Source of the DNA: a virus
Reading direction: 5' to 3' (one strand)
IMG/VR virus record: IMGVR_UViG_3300012346_000329
Location: 10,008 to 74,007 of that record
DNA length: 64,000 bases
Shown: positions 18,681 through 28,700 of the stretch, piece after piece
How the letters are laid out: each line of letters starts with the position of its first letter
How positions within the stretch are numbered: the stretch's first letter is position 1
Made by a program: the position numbers and the translations under genes
Notes under the pieces: generated by a model
Database searches by the model: none
Seen by the model: the letters and a program-made list of their open reading frames with translations, nothing else
What the model was told of the DNA's origin: nothing

Positions 18681-19299
18681 AGTAGAATTTTTGACTAAAC
18701 ATTGTACTACTTCTAAAGATGGAGTTATAGCATTGTCTAATACTTTAGTAGAGTTAGCTATTAAAGTTCATAATTGTCCAATTAAAGTTTCTTGTCCAGA
18801 TTTTCCTGGAGAAGTCTCTACTTATACTGTAGAAGAGTTACTGACTCCTAAGTTTACAGCAGGCCCTTACCCTAATAGATATGAAGAAGGTACTTATTAC
18901 AGTCTTTGTATGTATACTTGGAAAGGAGTAAAAGCTACGGCTAAAGAATTGGAAGAAATTTGGACTGAAGCTCCTGGGACAAAAACTGAATTAGCTACAG
19001 AAGAAATTATTATTGAAAAAAGAGGTAAAAGTTACATTATTAAAACTCCTGTAGTAGTAACTACTTTTGAAGAGAAAGAAGTAAATCTTGTACAATATGT
19101 AGGAATGATTATTCATCAAACAAGAGAAGCTAGAGGGTTGAATAAAACTGCTTTGGCTAATTTGACAGATAATAAAGTTTCTTCAACTTCTATTGGACAA
19201 ATTGAAGCAGGTACAACAAATCCTATTTTAAGTTCTTTAGAAGTTATTTGTGAAGCTTTAGGCTTACATATTACTGATTTATTTCCTCCTAAAAACTAG
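18670..19299 (+). CDS. Protein with C-terminal Cro/C1 (XRE) HTH domain
   Basis: REARGLNKTALA...SIGQIEAGTTNPILSSLEVICEALG. Confidence 0.8.
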   Translation: MNNKVEFLTKHCTTSKDGVIALSNTLVELAIKVHNCPIKVSCPDFPGEVSTYTVEELLTPKFTAGPYPNRYEEGTYYSLCMYTWKGVKATAKELEEIWTEAPGTKTELATEEIIIEKRGKSYIIKTPVVVTTFEEKEVNLVQYVGMIIHQTREARGLNKTALANLTDNKVSSTSIGQIEAGTTNPILSSLEVICEALGLHITDLFPPKN

Positions 19300-19304
19300 A
19301 AATT

Positions 19305-19541
19305 ATGACTCAAAGGATTAAAATGGGAACTCTTACTGTTGAAGTATTTTTCAATGAGTATGACAAAAATCTGAAAACTAGAAAACAAATTCCGGGGCAT
19401 GAGATTACAAGACAAGATAGATTAGCTATTGATAGAGGTCTTGATGATACTGATTTTGGAGAGTTTTATAGATATGAAGATAAAGACAAAGAAATCACTG
19501 GGATGTTCAATGTGGTAGAATCTACAGAAGGAGATGAATAG
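19305..19541 (+). CDS. Hypothetical protein
   Basis: 78-aa ORF in a tightly packed series. Confidence 0.55.
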   Translation: MTQRIKMGTLTVEVFFNEYDKNLKTRKQIPGHEITRQDRLAIDRGLDDTDFGEFYRYEDKDKEITGMFNVVESTEGDE

Positions 19542-19728
19542 CTGGAAATTAAATGGAATGGCAGGCCACTTAACAAGGTCTGCTATTTGTAAGAGTTTAA
19601 ATATACATCATACTGAAATTTATAAAGTTGTAAAATCTGTTCATGGAGATACTATTGAAACTCAAGAGGGCAAAAAGTATGAATTAATTTTAAAAGAAAT
19701 TAAAGATGATACAAGTAAAATTAGATAG
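19534..19728 (+). CDS. Hypothetical protein
   Basis: 64-aa ORF overlapping its neighbours. Confidence 0.5.
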   Translation: MNSWKLNGMAGHLTRSAICKSLNIHHTEIYKVVKSVHGDTIETQEGKKYELILKEIKDDTSKIR

Positions 19729-19945
19729 AAAACCTTATGCTAAGCATACCTTCTACAAAGGTGTTTACACTTATAAATATGTAGAATATGCTTTTGACTT
19801 GACTGTAGAAGAATCTGAAAATAGTGCACAACCTGGTATTTTAATAGAGTTTGAATTAGATCTTAGACTTGTACCTTTTGATTATGATAAAGCTTGTAAA
19901 GAAATTTTAGCAATTTATATACCACATTATGAAAACAAAAATTAA
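19706..19945 (+). CDS. Hypothetical protein
   Basis: 79-aa ORF overlapping its neighbours. Confidence 0.5.
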   Translation: MIQVKLDRKPYAKHTFYKGVYTYKYVEYAFDLTVEESENSAQPGILIEFELDLRLVPFDYDKACKEILAIYIPHYENKN

Positions 19946-21074
19946 TGCTCAAATAGTAGCACACTCAAAAAATGAGCAAGGAGATGAGTTAATCTCAGTC
20001 CTTGCTACATTTCCTAGAATTATCTTAGCTGAGGTAAACACTCACAGAATGCTTTCTAAGAACACTTCTAGCTCAAGGGCTATTCCATTTAACAAAATGG
20101 TAGAAACTATCAAAGAAGACCCTTTTATTCCTATTGCTTGGCAAAAAGAACATAAGGGTATGCAAGGAACTGAGTATTTTACTGACTTAGATAATGATAT
20201 ACCTTCTTTAGAAAGAGGTTGGTTATCAGCAAGAGATAGTGCTATTGAAACTTCAAAATATTTAAACAAATGTTTTGAAAATGAAGATGGCAGTATTGAA
20301 GGAGTTACTAAACAACTTTGTAACAGACTTTTAGAACCTTTCATGTGGACTACTATGTTAATCACAGGTCCTAAATCAGGTTGGGATAATTTCTTTCATT
20401 TAAGATGCCCTCAATATGAAATTTATGCTGGCCCAACAGATACAGAAGAATACTTATGTACTGGAAAAAGTTGGAAAGATTTATTAAAGTCTAATGGAGG
20501 GTTGGCAGGAGATTTTAATACAGATAATGTAATTGAAAGACTTGCTTATAATAAAGGTCAAGCTGAAATTCACATGATGATGCTTGCTGAATGTATTTGG
20601 GATTCTGTTAATGAAAGTACTCCTAAACAGTTAGTTGATAATCAATGGCACATTCCTTTTAGTGATAAAATAAATCTTACTGATTTATTTAATACTCCTC
20701 CTGAAAAACCTTGTAATGTATCTTATACTACTTATAACGGAATAATTCCAACTCCAGTTAAGATTTCAGTAGCAATGGCAGCAAGAACTTCTTATACTGT
20801 AGTAGGAGAAGAGAAAGGTATTGATTATGAAGCTATGATTGGTTTACATGACAGACTTCTTGCTCAAGACCCTCCTCACAGCTCTCCTTTAGAACATTGT
20901 GCTAAATGTATGCATAAAGAAGAATATGAAACTTTTCATAAAGGAAAGCTTACTGACCTTAGTTCTACTATGGAAGGATTTCATCCTACACACAATAAAG
21001 ACAAAGGTTGGTGTAACAACTTAAAAGGTTTCATTCCTTATAGATACATGGTTGATAATGGGAAAATTGACTAA
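19929..21074 (+). CDS. thyX: Flavin-dependent thymidylate synthase (phage Thy1/ThyX type)
   Basis: RIILAEVNTHRMLSKNTSSSRAIP, KQLCNRLLEPF and HSSPLEH. Confidence 0.88.
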   Translation: MKTKINAQIVAHSKNEQGDELISVLATFPRIILAEVNTHRMLSKNTSSSRAIPFNKMVETIKEDPFIPIAWQKEHKGMQGTEYFTDLDNDIPSLERGWLSARDSAIETSKYLNKCFENEDGSIEGVTKQLCNRLLEPFMWTTMLITGPKSGWDNFFHLRCPQYEIYAGPTDTEEYLCTGKSWKDLLKSNGGLAGDFNTDNVIERLAYNKGQAEIHMMMLAECIWDSVNESTPKQLVDNQWHIPFSDKINLTDLFNTPPEKPCNVSYTTYNGIIPTPVKISVAMAARTSYTVVGEEKGIDYEAMIGLHDRLLAQDPPHSSPLEHCAKCMHKEEYETFHKGKLTDLSSTMEGFHPTHNKDKGWCNNLKGFIPYRYMVDNGKID

Positions 21075-21225
21075 TGCAGAACTCTTAGCTTTAAGAGCTT
21101 ATCTTGATAATATCACTATTAACTTAACTACTTTTGCTAAGAAATATGGTAGAGAAAAGACTAACCATCTTAACTCAGCTATTGATAAAATTTACAAAAA
21201 TGGAGATCAAACATCAAAGAACTAA
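21058..21225 (+). CDS. Small hypothetical protein (55 aa, not in the ORF track)
   Basis: MGKLTNAELLALRAYLDN...QTSKN bridges thyX and the radical SAM gene. Confidence 0.45.
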   Translation: MGKLTNAELLALRAYLDNITINLTTFAKKYGREKTNHLNSAIDKIYKNGDQTSKN

Positions 21226-22045
21226 AACCTTAACAACTAGAGATAATGGGAGAAGTAGTGATGCTATTTCTCCTAATTTCATTTATGGTTGTCTTGGAGG
21301 GTGTATGAAGTCATATTGCTATGTAGGCAGATATAACCATGACAAAGTTTATATCAATGAAAATACAGAGCAAATTCTTGCCTCTGTTTATGCTTGGGTT
21401 GATAAACAAGTGTGGCCTAAAGTCCCTAATCAAGTTGATGACACTTATTATTGTGTAGACATAGGATGTAGTACTGATGTGCCTTTACATAGTAAACACT
21501 ATAATTGGCAACAAGTATTTGATTTCTTCAATACACAATACAAACTGAAGACAACTTTTGCTACTAAATACCCTACAAAGTTTAAAGTACAAGAGTATAA
21601 CTTGGCTCCAGGTAAGCATAGAATAAGAATTAGTCTTATGCCTCAGAAAATCTCTGATATTCTAGAGCCTAAAACAGATAGTATTGCAGATAGAATTGCT
21701 ATGATTCCTATTCTTCAACAGAAAATGGAAGTTCATCTCAATTTTAGTCCTATTGTGTACTATCCAGGCTGGTTAGAAGATTACAGAGAATTATTTGAGA
21801 TGTTGAAAGGTATTGAGTTTAAGTCAGAATGTATTTTCTTGACTTACAATAACATTCAACTTCAGAGAAACACTCCTGAAGTAAACAAACTGCTTAGCTT
21901 TCCTGCTTTTCAAGAAGCAAAAGACTCTCAATATGCTGCTGATAACATTAGGTATGAAAGATATTTTAAGAATGGATTAATATTAGAATTTAAAAATTTA
22001 TATTCTCAATATTTTCCTCTTGAAACTATTAGATACATTTTTTAA
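21200..22045 (+). CDS. Spore photoproduct lyase-like radical SAM enzyme
   Basis: GCLGGCMKSYCY cluster motif, DIGCSTD (position of the SPL H-donor Cys), FATKY and RIRISL. ATG at 21200 is preferred over the track's TTG start. Confidence 0.8.
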   Translation: MEIKHQRTKTLTTRDNGRSSDAISPNFIYGCLGGCMKSYCYVGRYNHDKVYINENTEQILASVYAWVDKQVWPKVPNQVDDTYYCVDIGCSTDVPLHSKHYNWQQVFDFFNTQYKLKTTFATKYPTKFKVQEYNLAPGKHRIRISLMPQKISDILEPKTDSIADRIAMIPILQQKMEVHLNFSPIVYYPGWLEDYRELFEMLKGIEFKSECIFLTYNNIQLQRNTPEVNKLLSFPAFQEAKDSQYAADNIRYERYFKNGLILEFKNLYSQYFPLETIRYIF

Positions 22046-22061
22046 AGTAAAGATTTATCTT

Positions 22062-22069
22062 TATATTTG
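22062..22069 (+). promoter_or_regulatory. Bacteroidota -7 element (TAnnTTTG)
   Basis: TATATTTG ends 20 nt upstream of the groES ATG at 22089. Confidence 0.6.
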
Positions 22070-22088
22070 TAAACAAATTAATTTAATT

Positions 22089-22391
22089 ATGAAAATTATT
22101 GGTAAAAGAGTTCTAGTAGAACAAGTTAGTGTTAAGAAAGACACTAAAATCATAATGACTGAAAAGAATAAGAATGAAGGTATTTCTGTTTCTTTTAAAG
22201 TTCTTCAATTAGGAAATGAATGTCCTGTAGGAGAAGGTCATGTACAAGTAGGAGATGTACCTGTATTTAGTGAAAATGTAACTTTTGATGGTTTCAAGAT
22301 GATTAAAACAGACAAAGCTCCTAATGGAGAAATTCTTAAAGCTGTAGCTCATACTATAGTTTGGTATGATGATATTATTGCTACTGATTAA
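22089..22391 (+). CDS. groES: GroES/Cpn10-like co-chaperonin
   Basis: MKIIGKRVLVE...KIIM...KVLQLG...VQVGDVPVF. Confidence 0.75.
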   Translation: MKIIGKRVLVEQVSVKKDTKIIMTEKNKNEGISVSFKVLQLGNECPVGEGHVQVGDVPVFSENVTFDGFKMIKTDKAPNGEILKAVAHTIVWYDDIIATD

Positions 22392-22597
22392 TGGATAATC
22401 AAAAGATTATAATTATGGACTTTGCTACTAGTGAAGTCCATATTTTTTCCTATGACCCTAATATTTGGATAAGTGGAGAAGATTTCTTAACTGAACATTT
22501 CTCAGAACAAGGACAAACTTTTAAAGAAAGTCAATGTCAATGGATGATAGTAGATTTAGAAAAAACAGAGGGAAGACTTCCTCTTTATATTCACTAA
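22391..22597 (+). CDS. Hypothetical protein
   Basis: 68-aa ORF coupled by a TAATG overlap. Confidence 0.55.
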   Translation: MDNQKIIIMDFATSEVHIFSYDPNIWISGEDFLTEHFSEQGQTFKESQCQWMIVDLEKTEGRLPLYIH

Positions 22598-22598
22598 T

Positions 22599-23675
22599 AT
22601 GGCAATACTTTGTAAAAGAATCTACAAGAAAGATTCATCAGGAAAAATTAGATACTTAGAGATAAGTAATGATGGGCACTTTGTAGTGCAAGAATCAGGG
22701 GTAATTGGTACTAATAACCCAGTGATTAATAGAAGTGCTTGTGAAGCAAAGAATGTAGGTAAAAGCAATGCTACTACACCTGAATCACAAGCTTTAATTG
22801 AAGCTCAAGCTAAACTTACTGAAAAGATGAGATTAGGTTATTTCAATAGTATAGAAGAAGCTCAGGAAAAAGGAGGTAAAGATTTCTTATTACCTATGTT
22901 AGCTAAAGATTTTAAGAAAGAAGTGAAGAAAGTTTCATTTCCTTGTTATGTACAACCTAAGCTAGATGGTATGAGATCTTTAGGCTCTGAAGATGATGGG
23001 TTTATGTCAAGAACAGGAAAGGCTATAGATACTCTTGGTCATATAGTGTTAGCAGATCTTGAAGAGCACATTTTAGATGGGGAGTTATATGCACATGGCA
23101 TTTCATTCCAAGAGAATATGAAACTAATCAAGAAATATAGACCAGGACAAACAGAACAGGTTAAGTATCATGTTTATGATATAGTTATGAATGCTCCTTT
23201 TAACCAAAGACTTGCAACTTTGCAAGAGTTAGTAGCTAAAATGAATAATCCTCATATTGAAATAGTTCCTACTTATTTTGTGCAATCTAAAGCTGAAATT
23301 GATGCATTTCATCAACAGTTTATAGCTGCAGGTTATGAGGGCACTATGGTGAGACACTCTGAAGAAGGGTATGCTGTAAACAAGAGAAGTTCTCAACTAC
23401 TTAAATACAAAGATTTTATTGATTTTGCTTATAAAGTGACAGATGTAATTCCTTCTGAAAGTAGACCTGAACAAGGTGTTGTAGTTTGTTCAATAGACCC
23501 TCTTGAAACTATGACTTTTAACTGTGGTATGAAATTCAGCCATGCTGATAGAGAAGAAATCTTAGCCAACAAGCAGAATTACATTGGTAAGATGGCTGAG
23601 GTAAGATTCTTTGAGTACACTGATGGAGGAATCCCAAGATTTCCTGTTTGTGTAGGCTTTAGACTTGATAAATAA
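22599..23675 (+). CDS. lig: ATP-dependent DNA ligase
   Basis: Motif I QPKLDGMR, III LDGELY, IIIa YHVYD, IV GYEGTMVR, V LLKYK and VI PRFP. Confidence 0.93.
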   Translation: MAILCKRIYKKDSSGKIRYLEISNDGHFVVQESGVIGTNNPVINRSACEAKNVGKSNATTPESQALIEAQAKLTEKMRLGYFNSIEEAQEKGGKDFLLPMLAKDFKKEVKKVSFPCYVQPKLDGMRSLGSEDDGFMSRTGKAIDTLGHIVLADLEEHILDGELYAHGISFQENMKLIKKYRPGQTEQVKYHVYDIVMNAPFNQRLATLQELVAKMNNPHIEIVPTYFVQSKAEIDAFHQQFIAAGYEGTMVRHSEEGYAVNKRSSQLLKYKDFIDFAYKVTDVIPSESRPEQGVVVCSIDPLETMTFNCGMKFSHADREEILANKQNYIGKMAEVRFFEYTDGGIPRFPVCVGFRLDK

Positions 23676-23788
23676 TGGATCCGGAATGGAAAGAGGCCCT
23701 GTTCAAGAAGAATTTTATTCCTATCTTTGACATACCTTTTCTTTATTCAGGAATGAATATGACAGAATTTTTAACTAAAACAAAAAGA

Positions 23789-24370
23789 ATGAGTAAAATT
23801 CAAACTATCTCTGAATATCAGGGACTGGCAGCTAGAACCTGCCCAAATTTACCAGGAGAACATGAGAATGAAAGACACATGAATCTTGGTGTTATTACTG
23901 AAATTGGAGAAGTTCTTGACATCTTTAAGAAAAACTTAGCTTATGGTAAAGCTATTGATGTAGTTAACCTTGGAGAAGAGTTAGCAGATATCTCTTGGTA
24001 CATTGTAAACAAATGTAGATTTCAAGAAATTTCTTTAGAAGATGCTTTTAACTTAGTTAAGGCTGAAGTAAAAGATTTACTAGATACTCAAATGTTTAGT
24101 GAAGAAGGACTATCTAAAGAGCTTAAAGCTGAAGCTTTAATGCACCCTTTACTTCAAGCTTATTGTGGACCTGCTAATTCTATTTTTAGTGCCCCTATTG
24201 TACAATTAGCTATCTTAGCTAATATTGCAGAGTGGTTTGAATTAGACTTCTTCCAGTGCCTTACTAATAACATTGACAAGTTAAAAGTAAGATATCCTGA
24301 AAAATTTACTGAAGAAGCTGCTTTAAACAGAAATCTTGAAGCTGAAAGAACAGAATTAGAAAAAGAGTAA
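23789..24370 (+). CDS. MazG-like nucleotide pyrophosphohydrolase
   Basis: LGVITEIGEVLDIFKK, EELADISWY and NIDKLKVRYPEKF. An alternative start exists at 23675. Confidence 0.82.
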   Translation: MSKIQTISEYQGLAARTCPNLPGEHENERHMNLGVITEIGEVLDIFKKNLAYGKAIDVVNLGEELADISWYIVNKCRFQEISLEDAFNLVKAEVKDLLDTQMFSEEGLSKELKAEALMHPLLQAYCGPANSIFSAPIVQLAILANIAEWFELDFFQCLTNNIDKLKVRYPEKFTEEAALNRNLEAERTELEKE

Positions 24371-24372
24371 CT

Positions 24373-24412
24373 AAATTTGTGAGGCTTATAATGAGTCTCA
24401 CAAATTTTAATT
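24373..24412 (+). terminator. Long hairpin / intrinsic terminator
   Basis: AAATTTGTGAG 24373-83 pairs with CTCACAAATTT 24397-407, the stem extends inward, and a T-rich tail follows. Confidence 0.65.
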
Positions 24413-24420
24413 TAATCCTT

Positions 24421-25170
24421 ATGGAAACAAATGTAATTTTCTCTAAAAAATCAGATGCAAATTTAATCAAGATTTGCCTAGTAATAATTGGAATACTGTT
24501 ATTTTTATTGTTTAGGAGTTGCAATGCAAATGAGGAACTTCAGATAAACAATAATGCCTATAAAGCTTTAAATGATAGCTTAAAAACTTGGCAGGACAGC
24601 CAGGGGCTATCCCACTCTGAAAAACAAATTATTGAAACTTCCAATCCTAAATCTTTTCTAGAAATACAGACTAAAGACAAGGAAATCTTAAGGTTACAAA
24701 AAGTAGTTTCTCAGTATAAAAAAGAATTAGGTAAAAAAGGTTCTGTCACTTATGTAGAAGGAGAAACTGTAATAGATACAGGTTATACTAAACCTGTAGT
24801 AGTTTATTTAGATAGGTCTTTTTATAAGGACTCTTTAAACAATAAATGGGTAGATTGGAAATACTTAGTAAAGAGAGATACTCTTACAAATAAAGACCAA
24901 GTAGATTTTAAGTTAAAGATGCATTATGAATATGCCATTATTAATAAAGAGAAATCTAATGGTTGGTTTAAGAAACCTACTCCTTATGCAGAAGTGGTTA
25001 ATTATAATCCATATTCTGAAACTTTATCTTTAACTACCTATAGAGTTATTAATGATGTAAGACCTAAGAAAATAGGAATAGGTCCTGTACTATCTTATGG
25101 AATAGGTACAGAATTTATCCCTCAAGTTTTTGTTGGAGTTGGAGTAAGTTATAATTTAATAAGATTTTAA
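24421..25170 (+). CDS. Membrane-anchored protein, possible spanin-like lysis protein
   Basis: N-terminal hydrophobic helix followed by RSC, a coiled region, and a C-terminal amphipathic beta-hairpin ending in Phe (FVGVGVSYNLIRF). Confidence 0.5.
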   Translation: METNVIFSKKSDANLIKICLVIIGILLFLLFRSCNANEELQINNNAYKALNDSLKTWQDSQGLSHSEKQIIETSNPKSFLEIQTKDKEILRLQKVVSQYKKELGKKGSVTYVEGETVIDTGYTKPVVVYLDRSFYKDSLNNKWVDWKYLVKRDTLTNKDQVDFKLKMHYEYAIINKEKSNGWFKKPTPYAEVVNYNPYSETLSLTTYRVINDVRPKKIGIGPVLSYGIGTEFIPQVFVGVGVSYNLIRF

Positions 25171-25171
25171 A

Positions 25172-25321
25172 ATGAACTATAAAATTAATAAAATCCTTTG
25201 TTTTCTTTTTGGGCATAAAACTAAGTATAGTGTTTTTAACAGAAGGTATAAAAAATGTACTGTATGTAACACTAGATGGGCTAAGTCTAGAAAGAAATGG
25301 GTCAAACTAAAAAATGAGTAA
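25172..25321 (+). CDS. Small Cys/His protein (49 aa, DUF1660-like; not in the ORF track)
   Basis: ILCFLFGHK...CTVC pattern. Confidence 0.5.
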   Translation: MNYKINKILCFLFGHKTKYSVFNRRYKKCTVCNTRWAKSRKKWVKLKNE

Positions 25322-25628
25322 TGTACCTTTATTCCCAGAATTTGTAGTAGAAAAAGAAGATGAAATCTACACTTTTAAAAGTAACTTTCATGTTCATAAA
25401 GACTTAGAAGATACAGTTAAAGTATATCTTTACCCAGTTACAAATAAGTTTATCATAAAGAATAAGACTGTAGAAAAACAAGCTTCTTTAGTACATCTTA
25501 AAGAATGTTTTAGATTAAGCAAGTACATTAATACTGATAAATTAGACTTTGTACCTTTAGAATTTGTCATATCTTTAAATAAAGATGCCGAAGACTTTCT
25601 TGAAAAAATCCACTATCAATATCCATAG
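25314..25628 (+). CDS. Hypothetical protein (last gene of the + block)
   Basis: 104-aa ORF ending at the convergent terminator. Confidence 0.6.
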   Translation: MSNVPLFPEFVVEKEDEIYTFKSNFHVHKDLEDTVKVYLYPVTNKFIIKNKTVEKQASLVHLKECFRLSKYINTDKLDFVPLEFVISLNKDAEDFLEKIHYQYP

Positions 25629-25662
25629 AGTGAAGCTGAAAAGCCTCACTCTATTTTTTATT
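25625..25662. terminator. Terminator hairpin at the convergence of the two gene blocks
   Basis: ATAGAGTGA 25625-33 pairs with TCACTCTAT 25646-54, followed by a T-run. Confidence 0.75.
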
Positions 25663-25664
25663 TT

Positions 25665-25775
25665 TTATTTAAACTTTTTAGGTTGCCCTGAACTAGGCTT
25701 TTTAGGTTTAGCCCCTAGGCTCCCTTTTTCAGGTTTACTTTGTTTTGCAGGAGCACTTTGTTTTTTAGTTTTCAT
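25665..25775 (-). CDS. Small basic protein (36 aa, K/P/S-rich; not in the ORF track)
   Basis: MKTKKQSAPAKQSKPEKGSLGAKPKKPSSGQPKKFK, with an A-rich leader, directly after the 2295-aa gene. Confidence 0.5.
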   Translation of the reverse strand: MKTKKQSAPAKQSKPEKGSLGAKPKKPSSGQPKKFK

Positions 25776-25788
25776 ACTTTTTATTTTA

Positions 25789-28700
25789 TTACTCTCTATC
25801 TTCTAAAGATTTAAAATAGCTTTCTGAAGCTGGACTTGAAATTCTTCTTTGGTCTTTAGTATAAAAACCTCTACTTTCTTTTTTAGGAGAGTACATTTGA
25901 TTTTTAAATCTTTTTTCTGCCACCTTATTTACAGCTTCAAGTTCTTCAACTTTTCTAATTTCTGTGTATCCTTTTTTCAGAAACTCTTGAGCTACTTTTT
26001 CTTTTATCTCAACTAAAGAGACTGCTTTAGCTTGCTTAAATCTTTTTTGATCTTCTTTTAAATCTGTTTCTTTAAACCAATTTTCATAGTTGTTTTCATA
26101 GTAATCTTTTCTCATATTAGTTTCTAGACCTAAGAACCAATCTTCTTTACCTAGGTTCTTAACTGAACTTACAAGAAGATTTCTTCTAAGTCCTACTTCA
26201 AGTTTACTATCTCCATAGTAAGGATTGTCTGAATCTGTGACAAGATCTTCTTCTCCTCCTTGACTATATCTTAACCAACTTTCCCCTAAATACTCTGTAA
26301 AAGGAATAGTCCCTCCTTTTACAGTAGAGTCATCTGAAATAAACATGTTAAGAATAGTTAAAGGATTAGTTCCTAATGTAGTCTCATCTAAACTTCTTCC
26401 TAAAGAATTTTTAGCAAGTATTCTAGCTTTCTCTTTCCAACTATGTTTCTTATCTAATTCTTTTTGTTTTTGTTCATCACTCCAAACTCTTTGAGTAGTT
26501 TTATTTCCAAACTTATCTTCTTTTCCTTCTAATTCTTTTTCTTCTTCATCATCTCCTGCAGTTAACATCATCATTATAGAAATCAAAGTAGTTAAGGCTG
26601 TAGCTCTAACTAAACTTCTAATATTTCTTAATTCTCTTGTAAGGTCTTTTTCAGTAAATTCTTTATGATTAGCTACCATAGAAGAAGGATTAATTAAAGG
26701 TTTTTTAATATCTCCATTCTTATCTAAATGATTAATAATTCTTAACTTTTGTAAAGCTGCATAAGTTGTATTAGTAGGTATTTCAATAAGACCTACTGTA
26801 TTAGTTAATAACATTTGTTTAAGAGCAGTCTCTAAACCTTTGTATAACCCAGGATTTTGTCCAGCACTTTGAAAAACAAGTTTTCTTAGAGAAGAAAAAT
26901 TTCTAACTCCAGAATAAACTGCAGCAGTAGCTATGACTGCTGCCACACCTCCTACTATAGCCACAATTCCAGCAGGAAAACCTGCAACAGCAGCACTTCC
27001 AAAAACTACACTAGCTCCAGTAAGTTGAATTAAAGAAGTATAACCTTGAGTTCTTGTAGCAGTACTAATTAAACTTCCTGAAATAAAACCATCTCTTATT
27101 GTTCCTGTAGCTAACTCTTTTTGATTATAAGAGTATCTAGCAATCATGTATTCTCCTAACCAAGTTTTAAATGCCATAAATGCATTACCAAATAGGTTTT
27201 CTTTAATCATAGTAGAACCAGTCAAAGAATAATCCCCATTTTTACTGTTAATAGGAGTCTTAATTTCTACAACCCAATTAGCAGCTTCATCAGTAGTAAA
27301 ACTTAAGAAAGTTTTTCTATTTTCAAGAGTATCAAATTGGTCTTTTAATTTTACTGCTTTAGTTGTTTTATCTATTTCAAAAGCTGAGAAGGTTAAACCA
27401 TCAAATAAAGGGTATGCTTTACCATTTTTATCTAATATTTTTTTATCCATAGCTTTACAATAGAAAACTGGAATCTGGTTATAATATTCTGCATACTTTA
27501 CAGCATACATAGGATCTGTAATAAATTGATAATTAGGTACAGGTAAAGTTCCATAAAGTTTTCTAAAAAGTTTAGGGGAATTTACATCTCCTTTTCTTTC
27601 AGATCTTTGAAATTCATTAGAACCATCACTAATAATATTTAATCTTTCAATAATAGCCTCTCCTATAGCCCACTGTTCTGCATATTTTTTATCAAAAGGA
27701 AGAGTCCACCTTGCATCTACAAAAGCTAAAGCTTTGTAAGAATTTCCTGGAGTCCAAAATTCTCCATCTCTATTATAAAGTTGCATCCTAGCATTGACCA
27801 TATTATAGATTTGAGCCACATAATTAAAAGCCATTCCTCCCCAAATTTGAAGTCTTTGAAAAGAGTTAGCTATTAAAGCAGACCACATTAAGTCTTTACC
27901 CATTAATCTTAATTGTTGCTCAATCCCTGCTTTTTCTTCTTTTAAGTTCCAAGTTAGTTCTTCTACAGCTTCAGAATTAGGTTCTATTAATTGATTATCT
28001 ACAATAACTTGTTGATTACCATTAATGCCTTTATTAATGCTGTCTAACATTTCATCTACTACCTCCAATCTGCTAACTAAAATACCATATTTAGCTTTCT
28101 CTTCTCTAGTAAGATTTTGATTAAAAGCATTTAGGCCTTTTTTCCAATCTTCAGTAGTGATTTCTTTTCCCTCTTTATGATCTCTTTTAATCTTCTTAGC
28201 CCAAGAAGATATGATATTCCATTGATTTTTACCTTCCTGATGTCTACTTGTGATTTGGTTGTTGACTATTCTGTTTACCCAAAAAGCAGATTTTCTTTCT
28301 GCATTATTTCTAGGCACAAAAACAGTTTCATTGTCAACAACTTTTTGTTCTTTTTGTTTTTGAGATTTTTGTAAAAGAACTTGCATCTTCTCTGTAGTAC
28401 TAGTTCTTGCTGCATTAATAGCAGCTTGCTCTAGTTGAACCTTTAACATTAAAGGTAAATCTAAAGTCTGAGTTTCCATAACAGATTGTCTAGCTATTGG
28501 CTTTAAATCTGAAATTTTAAATACTCCTTTTTCTAGTTTAACTAAAGACCTAAAAGAACTTTCAGGTACTCCTAAAGTTTCAAATAGACTTTGTTTTTCC
28601 ACTATATTCATAGTGTTTAAGTCCATTTTAGTGTTAGGTTTTAGTACTCTTTTAAATAAAGTACTTATTAAAGTTACATTTTTACTGTGTTCTTCTGCAA

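Noticed and set aside
10018-21074. Uracil-substituted genome (suggested by the dead UDG)
   Set aside because: An intact thyX indicates active dTMP synthesis, and no UDG inhibitor is recognisable.
25585-25806. + strand 73-aa hydrophobic ORF in the track
   Set aside because: It crosses the terminator and is the antisense shadow of the small basic gene at 25665-25775.
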